From assembly GCA_020724865.1 (NCBI GenBank), contig DYGA01000004.1, positions 6,351 to 70,350 of the forward strand: a stretch of 64,000 nt of DNA, written 5' to 3'. Both the position numbers and the translations under genes were made by a program. The notes under the pieces were generated by a model that saw only the letters and a list, made by a program, of their open reading frames with translations, did not search any database and was not told the origin of the DNA. Shown piece by piece: positions 18,845 to 27,457 of this stretch; within the stretch, counting starts at the first letter, position 1; the number at the start of each line of letters is the position of its first letter. The stretch is from Candidatus Paceibacter sp. (GTDB taxonomy: Bacteria; Patescibacteriota; Patescibacteriia; S139-126).

Positions 18845-18885
18845 TTGCTATTATTATAGCAAACATTTATAAATTGCCTACTTAG
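18845..18885 (-). promoter_or_regulatory. putative extended -10 promoter (TGcTATAAT) for the acidic micro-ORF / small transcript
   Basis: Minus-strand sequence ...tttgcTATAATaatagc... gives a TGnTATAAT element (plus-strand 18853-18861). It would place a TSS about 35-40 nt upstream of ATG 18810. Confidence 0.35.
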
Positions 18886-18905
18886 CAGATATCCACAATA
18901 CATAA

Positions 18906-20531
18906 CTATTCTAAAGGTAAGGTAAATTTGAAAGTAGTACCTTTATTTTCACCTTCGCTCTCTGCCCAAATATTACCGCCATGACCTTCGATTATTTTTT
19001 TAGCAATATAAAGTCCTAAGCCAACACCGCTTGTATCAACTTTATTTATATCTTTACCGCGTTTAAATTTTTGAAATAATTGATCAAGTTCTTCATAACT
19101 TATTCCCTTACCGTTGTCCTGAACTTTCACTAGAATATATTTATCCATATTTTTTGCTGATACTTTGATATGTCCGCCAATAGGTGTATATTTTATGGCA
19201 TTATCAATAAGGTTAATAATTACATCAGCCATTTTGTCTATATCAAACTTAAATAATGGGACATCACTTTCTTTAAATTCAATCTTTATATGTTTTGTAC
19301 TGGCTTCGATAGCTAGTGATTTAATTATGTCATCCAATAAACGATTAAGATCGTTTAAATTTTTATTAATTTTCAAACGCCCTGATTCAATCCGTGAGAT
19401 ATTTAAAAATATATTTATTAAGCGAATTAATCTTTCAGAATTACGCAATAGAATACCAATAATATCTGCTTGTTTTTTTGACATTTTGCCAAAATCACCA
19501 TCTTGTAACATGGAAAGATAACCTTTAATTGCTGATAAAGGGGTACGTAACTGATGAGAAGTTATTGATAAAAATTCAGTTTTGGCTTCATCTAATTGTT
19601 TTAAACGTTCATTAGCAACCTGTAATTCTGAGGTAATTTTTTCTAATTTTTCTTTTTGCTCGATTTCTTTTCTGACGCTTTTTATTAAGAAAAAGCCTAC
19701 AAATATTAAAGCGTTAAAGATTATTAAGCGTAAAATTATTACGTTTAAATTATTGGTAAAAAATATTTCAGCAAATGAACTAAAAGCTAATAAAAACACC
19801 AATAATTCCGTAGCAACAATTTTGATATTCAACAGATGATGTTTTAAAATCGCATAAGTAGTAAAAACAATAAAAGGAAAAAAGAATACGGCTCCCAAGG
19901 ATATATAAGTTGGATTATTTAAAAAAGCTGGATAAATAAAATTAAAAATTATAATAAAAGTAAAAGTAATTATAGTACCAGTTAAAATCAAACGTAAAGG
20001 TAAAGCATCTTTAGCATCAGAATTTTTTATTTTTTTAATTAACGTGTAAATAGCGCTAAAAACCAAACCAATACTTAAAGAACCAAATAAAATTATCCCC
20101 GGCCCGTTAGTTACTGATGTGGCTCCACCTGTGACTAAAACCCCGTTTATTTTTTTCAGAACAAAAGAGGTTAAAGTCAACAATGATACTAAACAAACCA
20201 CAGGTACTAAAAATCTTTTGTAATTTTTAGAAAAATTAAATTTAGCATGCGGATAAACATAAAAAAATTGAAAAATAAAAAAAGCTTGCCAAACGGCAAA
20301 AAATAAAACCAACCTTAATAACCATAAAATGATTTCTGGATCAAACAAATTATAACTTAAATAATTTATTACACCCCAAATTACAGTAACTAAAACAAAT
20401 AATGCAAAAGAAATGTTAGTTATACTACGAACATTTCTGATATAAACAATGACGCCTAATATAATTGAAGTTATTGTAACTAACCCAACAGTAAATAGAT
20501 TTAAATTAAAAGTCATTACTTCCATAATCAA
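18906..20531 (-). CDS. sensor histidine kinase (polytopic membrane N-terminus, HisKA and HATPase_c)
   Basis: At least 8 predicted TM helices. Coiled-coil. H-box ITSHQLRTPLSAIKGY. N-box IINLIDNAIKYT. G-boxes QDNGKGI and GVGLGLYIAK. 4-nt overlap with the upstream nitroreductase gene. Confidence 0.82.
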   Translation of the reverse strand: MIMEVMTFNLNLFTVGLVTITSIILGVIVYIRNVRSITNISFALFVLVTVIWGVINYLSYNLFDPEIILWLLRLVLFFAVWQAFFIFQFFYVYPHAKFNFSKNYKRFLVPVVCLVSLLTLTSFVLKKINGVLVTGGATSVTNGPGIILFGSLSIGLVFSAIYTLIKKIKNSDAKDALPLRLILTGTIITFTFIIIFNFIYPAFLNNPTYISLGAVFFFPFIVFTTYAILKHHLLNIKIVATELLVFLLAFSSFAEIFFTNNLNVIILRLIIFNALIFVGFFLIKSVRKEIEQKEKLEKITSELQVANERLKQLDEAKTEFLSITSHQLRTPLSAIKGYLSMLQDGDFGKMSKKQADIIGILLRNSERLIRLINIFLNISRIESGRLKINKNLNDLNRLLDDIIKSLAIEASTKHIKIEFKESDVPLFKFDIDKMADVIINLIDNAIKYTPIGGHIKVSAKNMDKYILVKVQDNGKGISYEELDQLFQKFKRGKDINKVDTSGVGLGLYIAKKIIEGHGGNIWAESEGENKGTTFKFTLPLE

Positions 20532-21595
20532 TTAATAAATTTTACATCTGGCTGACTTTTCAAAGCTTTGGCTCTAACCGGTGGCGCAAAACCAATTCTA
20601 AATGACATGGCAATTAAATTATTACCGACATTAAATAGATCATGCAAAACTTGATAGTTACTTAAAATTTTATCAGTTTGCGCATTATCAAATACATCAC
20701 CACTACCTGCTACAATACGCAAACGAGCAAAACACAAGGCACTGACCGGATGAAAGGCCAATCCTAAAGCAGTCGCTTTGAGCCAAACTCTTTCCATAGC
20801 CCGTCCAGCAAAAATAAAATTTTCCTGGGTATCTTCGGGAATGATAATTGCTCCGACAGCTGCTCCGCTTGAATATAATTTAGCATCTTCTTTAGCCACC
20901 ATTTTAGCTAATCCCAATTTATTTAACCAAATCGCCCTCTGCCAATTACTGGCAAGAAAAAAAACAAATTTTTGCATTAAATTGAACTCCATGGTGCCTA
21001 TATAAAATCCCTTTTTTAATTTGGCAAAAACTTTTTTTGACCAAATAATATCTTTAAACAACAGGGCGTGCAAATCTTTGTGTTGTAAAATTATTTCTTC
21101 AATTGAACTCATGGCACGACCAATTAATTTCTTTTTTTCATCATCATCAATAAAAATTAATCTGACTTTATTTTCTTGACCAATTTTTATTATTTCCTGT
21201 TTCAGTGCATTGGTTTGTTCTAAAGTCATTTTAATATTTTTATATTTACGACGGTTTGTGTGCCTTTGTGATAAATACGGGAATAAAGCATCAGTTTCTA
21301 CATGACTATCGCACAAAACTACTTTAGCAACTAGATCTTTTTGTCGTTCATCTGGAAACAATTCCAACTGAGCTTGCAATTGAAATTTGGTAGCCGCAAT
21401 ACTAATATTTTCCAATAAACCGCCGTGACCAATATATGAACCGCGCTGGTTGATATTTAAAATTGGATTGTCAGATTTAGGTAAATTAAAAACAAATATA
21501 ATATTGTCTTTTACTTCAAATCGCCAAGGCTGAGAATTGTCACCCGAAGGAGCATTAATTGCTAATGTTAAAATTTTTTCAATTGTTTCTTTCAT
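20528..21595 (-). CDS. nitroreductase-family flavoprotein with enlarged central insertion (SagB/McbC-like size class)
   Basis: N-terminal nitroreductase signature AINAPSGDNSQPWRF. C-terminal dimerisation/FMN segment SSGAAVGAIIIPEDTQENFIFAGRAMERVWLKATALGLAFHP. At 355 aa it is much longer than NfsB-type enzymes. Confidence 0.7.
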   Translation of the reverse strand: MKETIEKILTLAINAPSGDNSQPWRFEVKDNIIFVFNLPKSDNPILNINQRGSYIGHGGLLENISIAATKFQLQAQLELFPDERQKDLVAKVVLCDSHVETDALFPYLSQRHTNRRKYKNIKMTLEQTNALKQEIIKIGQENKVRLIFIDDDEKKKLIGRAMSSIEEIILQHKDLHALLFKDIIWSKKVFAKLKKGFYIGTMEFNLMQKFVFFLASNWQRAIWLNKLGLAKMVAKEDAKLYSSGAAVGAIIIPEDTQENFIFAGRAMERVWLKATALGLAFHPVSALCFARLRIVAGSGDVFDNAQTDKILSNYQVLHDLFNVGNNLIAMSFRIGFAPPVRAKALKSQPDVKFIN

Positions 21596-21598
21596 ATT

Positions 21599-22693
21599 TT
21601 AAAGACCAATAATATTTAAAAATTTTTTTAATTGTTTTTGTCTTTGTGCAATCTTTTGTTTTTGATTGTAAGTTGGATCAAAAATTGCATCTAAATTAAC
21701 TTCATATTGACCTGATTTTAAAGGTTGTTTATTGGCCAATCTCCTAACTAAATAAGCCACCGCTACTCCTGATAACATAGCCGCGTCCCCCAATTGAGGC
21801 CAAGAATAAATAGTTTTACCAACTTGTAATAAAGAAATTTGCATCCGAGGAGCAACTTTATCTTGACCGGCAATTTTGGTTGATAAACGAGGCATATCTT
21901 GCGGATGAATTTTTTTAAAATCTGACAATGTTAAATCACCAACCCTTCCATTAAAAATTTTTAAATTATGATCTAGATCATACCTTTCCACATCTACTAT
22001 TATATTATCACCGTTGTCAGTAGCCATAATAACAGGGATTTTTAATTTTTTTGCTGCCAATCTAATTCTAATTTTCATTTCTAAATTATCCATTTCTTCA
22101 ATTAAAACATCCAACTTGGGCGGAGCGGCTAAAAAATTGATTAAATTTTTCTCATTTAAACCTTCGGGATAAGTAAAAATTCTCGCATAAGGATTTATTT
22201 GATAAATTTGTTGACTGGCAAGATCGCATTTTTTTTTGCCGATATCCAAGACTGTGTACCTGACACGATTTAGATTTGAAGGCGATAAAACGTCCGGATC
22301 GGCAATTTTCATCTTTTTACCACCACCCATCACAGCAATTGATATGGCTGCGTGACTACCAACACTAAGTCCGGCTACACCAATATTATAATTATAAAAT
22401 TTTTCTTGTTCACTGGCAGTAATAATTTCTTTATTTCTACCAGTCCGAACCGTTAAAAAATCTTTTTCTGATAAAATGTGCACATATTTATCCAACCAAG
22501 GAAAAAAAACCCAATTACCTTTATCAGATTTTTTAATAAACTCTGCTAATGGTTTTTGATAATCCTTAATAAAACGATATTGAGGATTTTTCAACAAAAA
22601 CAAATCAGTAAGTTGTTCCTGATATGTATCTATCAACTTTGATTTTTTTATCTTAGTAAATGATTTTTTTATTATGGGTTTGTTTTTATCCAT
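21599..22693 (-). CDS. E1-like / ThiF-MoeB-family adenylyltransferase with about 100-aa N-terminal extension
   Basis: Rossmann GxGxxG (IGVAGLSVGSHAAISIAVMGGG). ThiF-type motif IADPDVLSPSNLNRV...DIGKKKCDLASQQIYQINPYARI. N-terminal about 100 aa precede the fold, an architecture like MccB/PaaA-type peptide-adenylating E1 homologs. No CxxC zinc knuckle seen. Confidence 0.7.
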   Translation of the reverse strand: MDKNKPIIKKSFTKIKKSKLIDTYQEQLTDLFLLKNPQYRFIKDYQKPLAEFIKKSDKGNWVFFPWLDKYVHILSEKDFLTVRTGRNKEIITASEQEKFYNYNIGVAGLSVGSHAAISIAVMGGGKKMKIADPDVLSPSNLNRVRYTVLDIGKKKCDLASQQIYQINPYARIFTYPEGLNEKNLINFLAAPPKLDVLIEEMDNLEMKIRIRLAAKKLKIPVIMATDNGDNIIVDVERYDLDHNLKIFNGRVGDLTLSDFKKIHPQDMPRLSTKIAGQDKVAPRMQISLLQVGKTIYSWPQLGDAAMLSGVAVAYLVRRLANKQPLKSGQYEVNLDAIFDPTYNQKQKIAQRQKQLKKFLNIIGL

Positions 22694-24183
22694 TTTTGTT
22701 TGGTTCCAGGTTTAAAATATTTAGCATCTTCATATTGCCAAAAGACTATTTTTGGTATCACTCTTTTAGGATATTCTTCTGCGGTTTTACGATAAGAAGA
22801 ATTTTCAATTAATAGTCGACTAACTACTAATTTTTTTATTTTATCACTTAAAATTTTTGTACCTTTAACATTTGGTTGTAATTCAATATTTAATTCTAAA
22901 TACTGATTGGCGTTCTTATCATATTTAACCAACAGAGTAAATTTGCCGGTTATACTTTTTAACAAGTCTTTATGCCATAAAGATTTTCTTATTGTTTCGG
23001 GATATATTTGAAAAGCAAAAAAACTTACTGACAAATCTTTACGTTCGAAGACATAAACAAATGGTAAATTCCATAAAGTATCCTGTAAATTATATTTACT
23101 AATAAATTTATTTAGATCTAAACCATGGTTAGTAAAAATTTTATAAACTTCAAATAAAGTGACAATGCCACCGTAATCATGTAAATCATATCTGACTAAG
23201 GGATAACCACTATGAGCCGAACAAACTAAACTTTTATTAATATCTTCAAAATAAAACATTTCTGGTAAATATTGGGTAAAAGTTGGCAATTTATCACGCT
23301 CGGAAAATAACTCATAATATAAATTTTTATTTTTTAATGCTAGACGACGAATTAAAATAGATAATGGTGTCTCGTGTGACATGGTCCCCAAATCAACCGT
23401 ACCATAATGGTTAAGTGTACTACGATAAATGTCTTTACTACCAGTAATTTTAAAAATATAATCTCTAAAATCTTCATTAAAACCTTCAGCGGAAAATATA
23501 AAACCTAAATTATATTTTTTCCAATTTAAACCCAATCTTTGGCCCTCTTCTAGCGTATCTTTTAAAAACGGCGCGTAACTTCCGATTATAATTTGATCAA
23601 ATTCACGACCAATCTTTTTTACGGCATTTATTATTTCCAGTTTATTTATGCCCGGAGTAATAATACTTAAATTATACTTCCCTCTGGCCGACAAAATTTT
23701 TAATGCTTCATAAGTAAAAAGACCTCCAATCCAAGCTCCCATAGGAAAACCTACAATATATAAAGTACTTTTTTTATCAATATTAAAATTGGTCAATAAA
23801 TAAATTTCAGCAGTTAATGCATACTGTTCATCCTGTTCTTTAGTTCTGGGAAAATAAAATGGTTCACCGGTGGAACCTGAAGTCGTAGAAATTACCCATT
23901 GTTTTGTTTTAAAAATACCATCCCAAGACAGCTCCCGGGGACTATAATTTTGCAAATAATTTTTTTTATCTATAGTAGGTACTTGTTTAAAATCGGAAAT
24001 TGTTTTTATTTTTTGAGGATCAATCTTGTTTTTTTGTAACCAATCTTTATAAGCTGGCACACGCTTGGACATTTGCTGAAATAAATCTAAAGCCATCTTT
24101 TCTCCGCGTTTAATCCAATTTGACTCAGGTACTTTCTTTAAATCCTTGATAACTTTTTTAGCTGGAATTTTAATTAAATTCAT
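22672..24183 (-). CDS. PaaK / coenzyme-F390-synthetase-like adenylate-forming enzyme (ANL superfamily)
   Basis: A3-type motif VISTTSGSTGEPFYFPRT. Overall length about 500 aa and layout like phenylacetate-CoA ligase/F390 synthetase/CapK. 22-nt overlap with the downstream ThiF-like gene. Confidence 0.65.
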   Translation of the reverse strand: MNLIKIPAKKVIKDLKKVPESNWIKRGEKMALDLFQQMSKRVPAYKDWLQKNKIDPQKIKTISDFKQVPTIDKKNYLQNYSPRELSWDGIFKTKQWVISTTSGSTGEPFYFPRTKEQDEQYALTAEIYLLTNFNIDKKSTLYIVGFPMGAWIGGLFTYEALKILSARGKYNLSIITPGINKLEIINAVKKIGREFDQIIIGSYAPFLKDTLEEGQRLGLNWKKYNLGFIFSAEGFNEDFRDYIFKITGSKDIYRSTLNHYGTVDLGTMSHETPLSILIRRLALKNKNLYYELFSERDKLPTFTQYLPEMFYFEDINKSLVCSAHSGYPLVRYDLHDYGGIVTLFEVYKIFTNHGLDLNKFISKYNLQDTLWNLPFVYVFERKDLSVSFFAFQIYPETIRKSLWHKDLLKSITGKFTLLVKYDKNANQYLELNIELQPNVKGTKILSDKIKKLVVSRLLIENSSYRKTAEEYPKRVIPKIVFWQYEDAKYFKPGTKQKWIKTNP

Positions 24184-25232
24184 AAATTAAATTCTAAAGA
24201 ATTTAACCTGTTTTTAACCGCTGCATCAACTAAACGATGAAGTGGTTTATTTAATCTGTACGCCTCTTCTAAATAATAATGCAATCTATCGCCAATTGCT
24301 AAAACTTTATTAGTTACAGATAATTCATCAGTGACACCTTCATATTCGCTGACCACACTTATTAAACCGCCAGCATTAACTAAATAATCAGGCAAATATA
24401 AAATTTCTCTGCGCCACAATAAATCACCTAACTCCGGAGAAAATAATTGATTATTAGCTGCACCAACTATCATTCGACATTGAAAATTCTTATAATTATC
24501 AAAGGTGACAACATCGCTAAGTGCGCAAGGACAATAAATATCTAAAGATTGTAAATATAATTTATTGACCGGGACAATATTAATTTGCGGAAACTCACTT
24601 TTTATTTTATTCAATAGCTGAATGTTTATATCACTAAGATAAATATCAGCTTGTTTATTTAATAAAATTTTTAGTATTTCATATCCAACTTTTCCTGCGC
24701 CATCAATACCAATTTTTTTATTGGTAAAATCTCCCAACTTTAAATATTCAATAGATTTTTTCATTGCAGTCACCACACCTAAAGCAGTATAATAACTTGG
24801 ATCAACTATCACTCCAGAAACATACGGGGTAATTTTTTTCATGTTTACTACATCTTGCTGATAAACGCCCACGTCACTACCAGTTATAAATTCACCTGAT
24901 AATTTATTTATTTCATTGGCGTATTCATTAAAAAAATTTACCCTATCCTTTTTTAAATAATCAGTAGTAAATAATACTGCTTTTGCCCCGCCATAACTTA
25001 AATCAGCCGCTATTGATTTATAAGTCATTAAACAAGATAAACGTAAAACATCTATTAAAGCGTGTTTTTGATCATTATAATCATATAAACGAGTGGCACC
25101 AAAAGAAGGAAAATTATTAAAATGACGATGAATAGCAATAAAACCTTTTAATTGCTGGCCATCGATTTGGATTATTTTAGCGTGTTTATCAAAAAATTCT
25201 TCATCAACAAAATTTTCTGTAATAATTGACAT
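24180..25232 (-). CDS. Leu/Phe/Val-type amino-acid dehydrogenase (ELFV dehydrogenase family)
   Basis: FGATRLYDYNDQKHALIDVLRLSCLMTYKSIAADLSYGGAKAV closely parallels the LeuDH/PheDH catalytic region (..GGxRMW..[30 protein letters not shown]). NAD Rossmann GIDGAGKVG. 4-nt overlap with the PaaK-like gene. Confidence 0.8.
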   Translation of the reverse strand: MSIITENFVDEEFFDKHAKIIQIDGQQLKGFIAIHRHFNNFPSFGATRLYDYNDQKHALIDVLRLSCLMTYKSIAADLSYGGAKAVLFTTDYLKKDRVNFFNEYANEINKLSGEFITGSDVGVYQQDVVNMKKITPYVSGVIVDPSYYTALGVVTAMKKSIEYLKLGDFTNKKIGIDGAGKVGYEILKILLNKQADIYLSDINIQLLNKIKSEFPQINIVPVNKLYLQSLDIYCPCALSDVVTFDNYKNFQCRMIVGAANNQLFSPELGDLLWRREILYLPDYLVNAGGLISVVSEYEGVTDELSVTNKVLAIGDRLHYYLEEAYRLNKPLHRLVDAAVKNRLNSLEFNL

Positions 25233-25325
25233 TTAATTAATCAATTTCACTATGTTTATAACTTTATTTTAGCAAAAAAACTTATAATTTTAAAGTGATT
25301 ATATATATGTTATAATAATAATTAC
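25233..25325. promoter_or_regulatory. divergent promoter region (amino-acid-dehydrogenase operon on minus, VKOR gene on plus)
   Basis: 93-nt AT-rich intergenic region with several TATAAT-like hexamers on both strands (for example atatatataat on minus). No precise -35 assignable. Confidence 0.3.
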
Positions 25326-25772
25326 ATGTTATATACCTACAAAAAATGGCAAAAAAATTTATTGGTAATGCAAATCATTTTAAGCTTTCTGGGCTTGCTT
25401 GATAGTTTATATTTGTCTTACCAAAAAATAAATAATAATGAAGTTGCCTGTTCCACTTTTGGTGGCTGTAATACTGTCATAAATAGTAACTATGCTTATC
25501 TTATAGGCATTCCTTTGGCTTATTTGGGTTTAATATACTATCTGACACTTTTACTTGTTATATTTTTTGTTTTGATAAATAAAAAAACACTTTGGTTGAA
25601 ATTATTAACAATTATTACTCTCAGTGGCTTTCTGATGTCAGGATATTTTGTATATTTGCAATTTTTTGAAATAGGATCTATTTGTATTTTTTGTATGTTT
25701 TCTGCCTTAGTTTCTACTCTATTATTTATCACTACCCAAACATTATATTGGTCAATAAAAAAAAGCGGCTAA
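25326..25772 (+). CDS. vitamin K epoxide reductase (VKOR) family membrane protein
   Basis: Four or five TM helices. Loop Cys pair (ACSTFGGC). Membrane-embedded CxxC (SICIFCMFSA) characteristic of VKOR. Alternative start at the internal Met (MQIILSF, 25368). Confidence 0.65.
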   Translation: MLYTYKKWQKNLLVMQIILSFLGLLDSLYLSYQKINNNEVACSTFGGCNTVINSNYAYLIGIPLAYLGLIYYLTLLLVIFFVLINKKTLWLKLLTIITLSGFLMSGYFVYLQFFEIGSICIFCMFSALVSTLLFITTQTLYWSIKKSG

Positions 25773-25788
25773 TAGCCGCCTTTTTTTA
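25758..25788. terminator. bidirectional intrinsic terminator shared by VKOR(+) and gap(-)
   Basis: Hairpin gcggct-AAT-agccgc (25765-25779), with aaaaaaa upstream and ttttttt downstream. The VKOR TAA stop (25770-25772) lies in the loop. The gap stop is at 25786-25788. Confidence 0.7.
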
Positions 25789-26784
25789 AAGAACAAAATT
25801 TGCCATTTCTACCAAACGGTTGGCATAACCCCATTCATTATCATACCAAGCAATTATTTTGACTAAATCATCGTCAATAACTTTGGTTAATGTTAGATCA
25901 ACTATAGAAGAAGCGGGATTACCAACTATATCGCTGGAAACTAAAGGATCACTCGATACTTCTAAGATGCCTTGGTAACGCGGACTAGCGGCGGCAGCAG
26001 ATAATACTTCATTAACTTTAGTAACCGTAGTTTTTTTCTTGACCAAAAAAGTAAAATCCGATAATGACCCACAAGGAGTTGGCACCCGAACAGCCAAGCC
26101 ATCAAAAATTCCAGCCAATTCAGGTATAGTTTGACTAACTGCCGAAGCAGCGCCAGTGGTTGTCGGAACAATATTCAAAGCCGCTGCCCTTGCTCGTCGC
26201 AAATCTTTATGCGGCCCATCAACTAAATTTTGATCAGCAGTATAAGAATGAATAGTGGTCATGGCTGCTTTTTTGATGCCAAAATTTTCTGCCATAATTT
26301 GTGCCACTGGCGCAATACAGTTAGTTGTACAAGAAGCATTTGAAATGATATTTTCTTGTGACTTTTTATCTGTATTAACACCAAGCACATAGGTAGGAGT
26401 AGAATGATCTTTGGCTGGAGCGGAAATAATTACCGCTTTAGCCCCCGCTTTCAAATGTAAACTGGCTAATTCTTGAGTGCGAAAAATTCCTGTGCATTCT
26501 AATACCACATCAATATCTAAACTTCGCCAAGATAATGCAGCAGGATCTTTTTCACTAAAAGTAATAATCTTCTTACCAGCAACATATAAATGATTATCGT
26601 CCTGCTTAACTTCTTTGTTAAATTTTCCATAAACTGAATCATATTTCAATAAATGAGCCAACGTGGCAGTGTCAGTTAAATCATTAATGGCTATTATTTC
26701 CATATCATCACGATCCAAAATGATTTTAAAAGCCGCTCGGCCAATTCGGCCAAAGCCATTGATAGCTATTTTTTTCTTGATCAT
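25786..26784 (-). CDS. gap: glyceraldehyde-3-phosphate dehydrogenase
   Basis: INGFGRIGR N-terminus, active-site ASCTTNC. Length 332 aa. Confidence 0.93.
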   Translation of the reverse strand: MIKKKIAINGFGRIGRAAFKIILDRDDMEIIAINDLTDTATLAHLLKYDSVYGKFNKEVKQDDNHLYVAGKKIITFSEKDPAALSWRSLDIDVVLECTGIFRTQELASLHLKAGAKAVIISAPAKDHSTPTYVLGVNTDKKSQENIISNASCTTNCIAPVAQIMAENFGIKKAAMTTIHSYTADQNLVDGPHKDLRRARAAALNIVPTTTGAASAVSQTIPELAGIFDGLAVRVPTPCGSLSDFTFLVKKKTTVTKVNEVLSAAAASPRYQGILEVSSDPLVSSDIVGNPASSIVDLTLTKVIDDDLVKIIAWYDNEWGYANRLVEMANFVL

Positions 26785-26803
26785 ATTTTTATATTATTAA
26801 AAT

Positions 26804-27454
26804 TTATTTTAACTGTTGATAATTTTTTTCTTCAAACGCTAAACAACATTTTAAACGGCCACAAATTCCGGACAAACGATCAATGCCACGTTGAGAAATT
26901 TTTTGATTACTAGCCATTTCTGAAGAAATATTACCTAGATTTCGTAAATGTGACTGACAACACAAACGATAACCGCAGGTGCCAATATCACCGCTAATTT
27001 TAGCCTCATCTCTTACTCCTATTTGCTGCAATCTAATGCTACCACGATATCTTTTAGTTAATTCTTTAATTAAATCCCTAAAATCAACCCTGCCTTGGGC
27101 AATAAAAGCAAAAACTAATCTTTTTTTATCAAAAGAAAAATGAGCATCAACCAATTTCATTGGTAAATTTAACTGTCGAGCATGATCATGACAAAACTCC
27201 AAAGCTTCACGACTTTCCTTATATAATTGCTCTTGTAAACTAATATCTTCACCATTGGCCAGTCTTAAAATTTCAACACCCTGGTCAAGATCTATATCTT
27301 TTTTTTCTGTAATTACATTAATCACTCTGACTATTTCATTACCCCACTCAAAATTAACAATCAATTTATCATTTTTTTTGATTGCAGTAGACAATGTTAA
27401 AGGGATTAAATAAATTTTATCCCAATTTATATATTGCCCTTCTATATAGTGCAT
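26804..27454 (-). CDS. PSP1 C-terminal domain protein (RicT/YaaT-like)
   Basis: Cys cluster GDIGTCGYRLCCQSHL ... LSGICGRLKCCLAFEE matches the RicT/YaaT PSP1 Cys motifs. Confidence 0.65.
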   Translation of the reverse strand: MHYIEGQYINWDKIYLIPLTLSTAIKKNDKLIVNFEWGNEIVRVINVITEKKDIDLDQGVEILRLANGEDISLQEQLYKESREALEFCHDHARQLNLPMKLVDAHFSFDKKRLVFAFIAQGRVDFRDLIKELTKRYRGSIRLQQIGVRDEAKISGDIGTCGYRLCCQSHLRNLGNISSEMASNQKISQRGIDRLSGICGRLKCCLAFEEKNYQQLK

Positions 27455-27457
27455 AAT

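Noticed and set aside
21599-22693. Considered calling the ThiF-like plus nitroreductase pair a canonical TOMM/azoline RiPP cyclodehydratase-dehydrogenase cluster.
   Set aside because: - No YcaO-domain gene and no plausible precursor peptide are present in the window.
- The accompanying ANL enzyme and ELFV dehydrogenase are not TOMM components.
- I keep it as an unclassified system instead.
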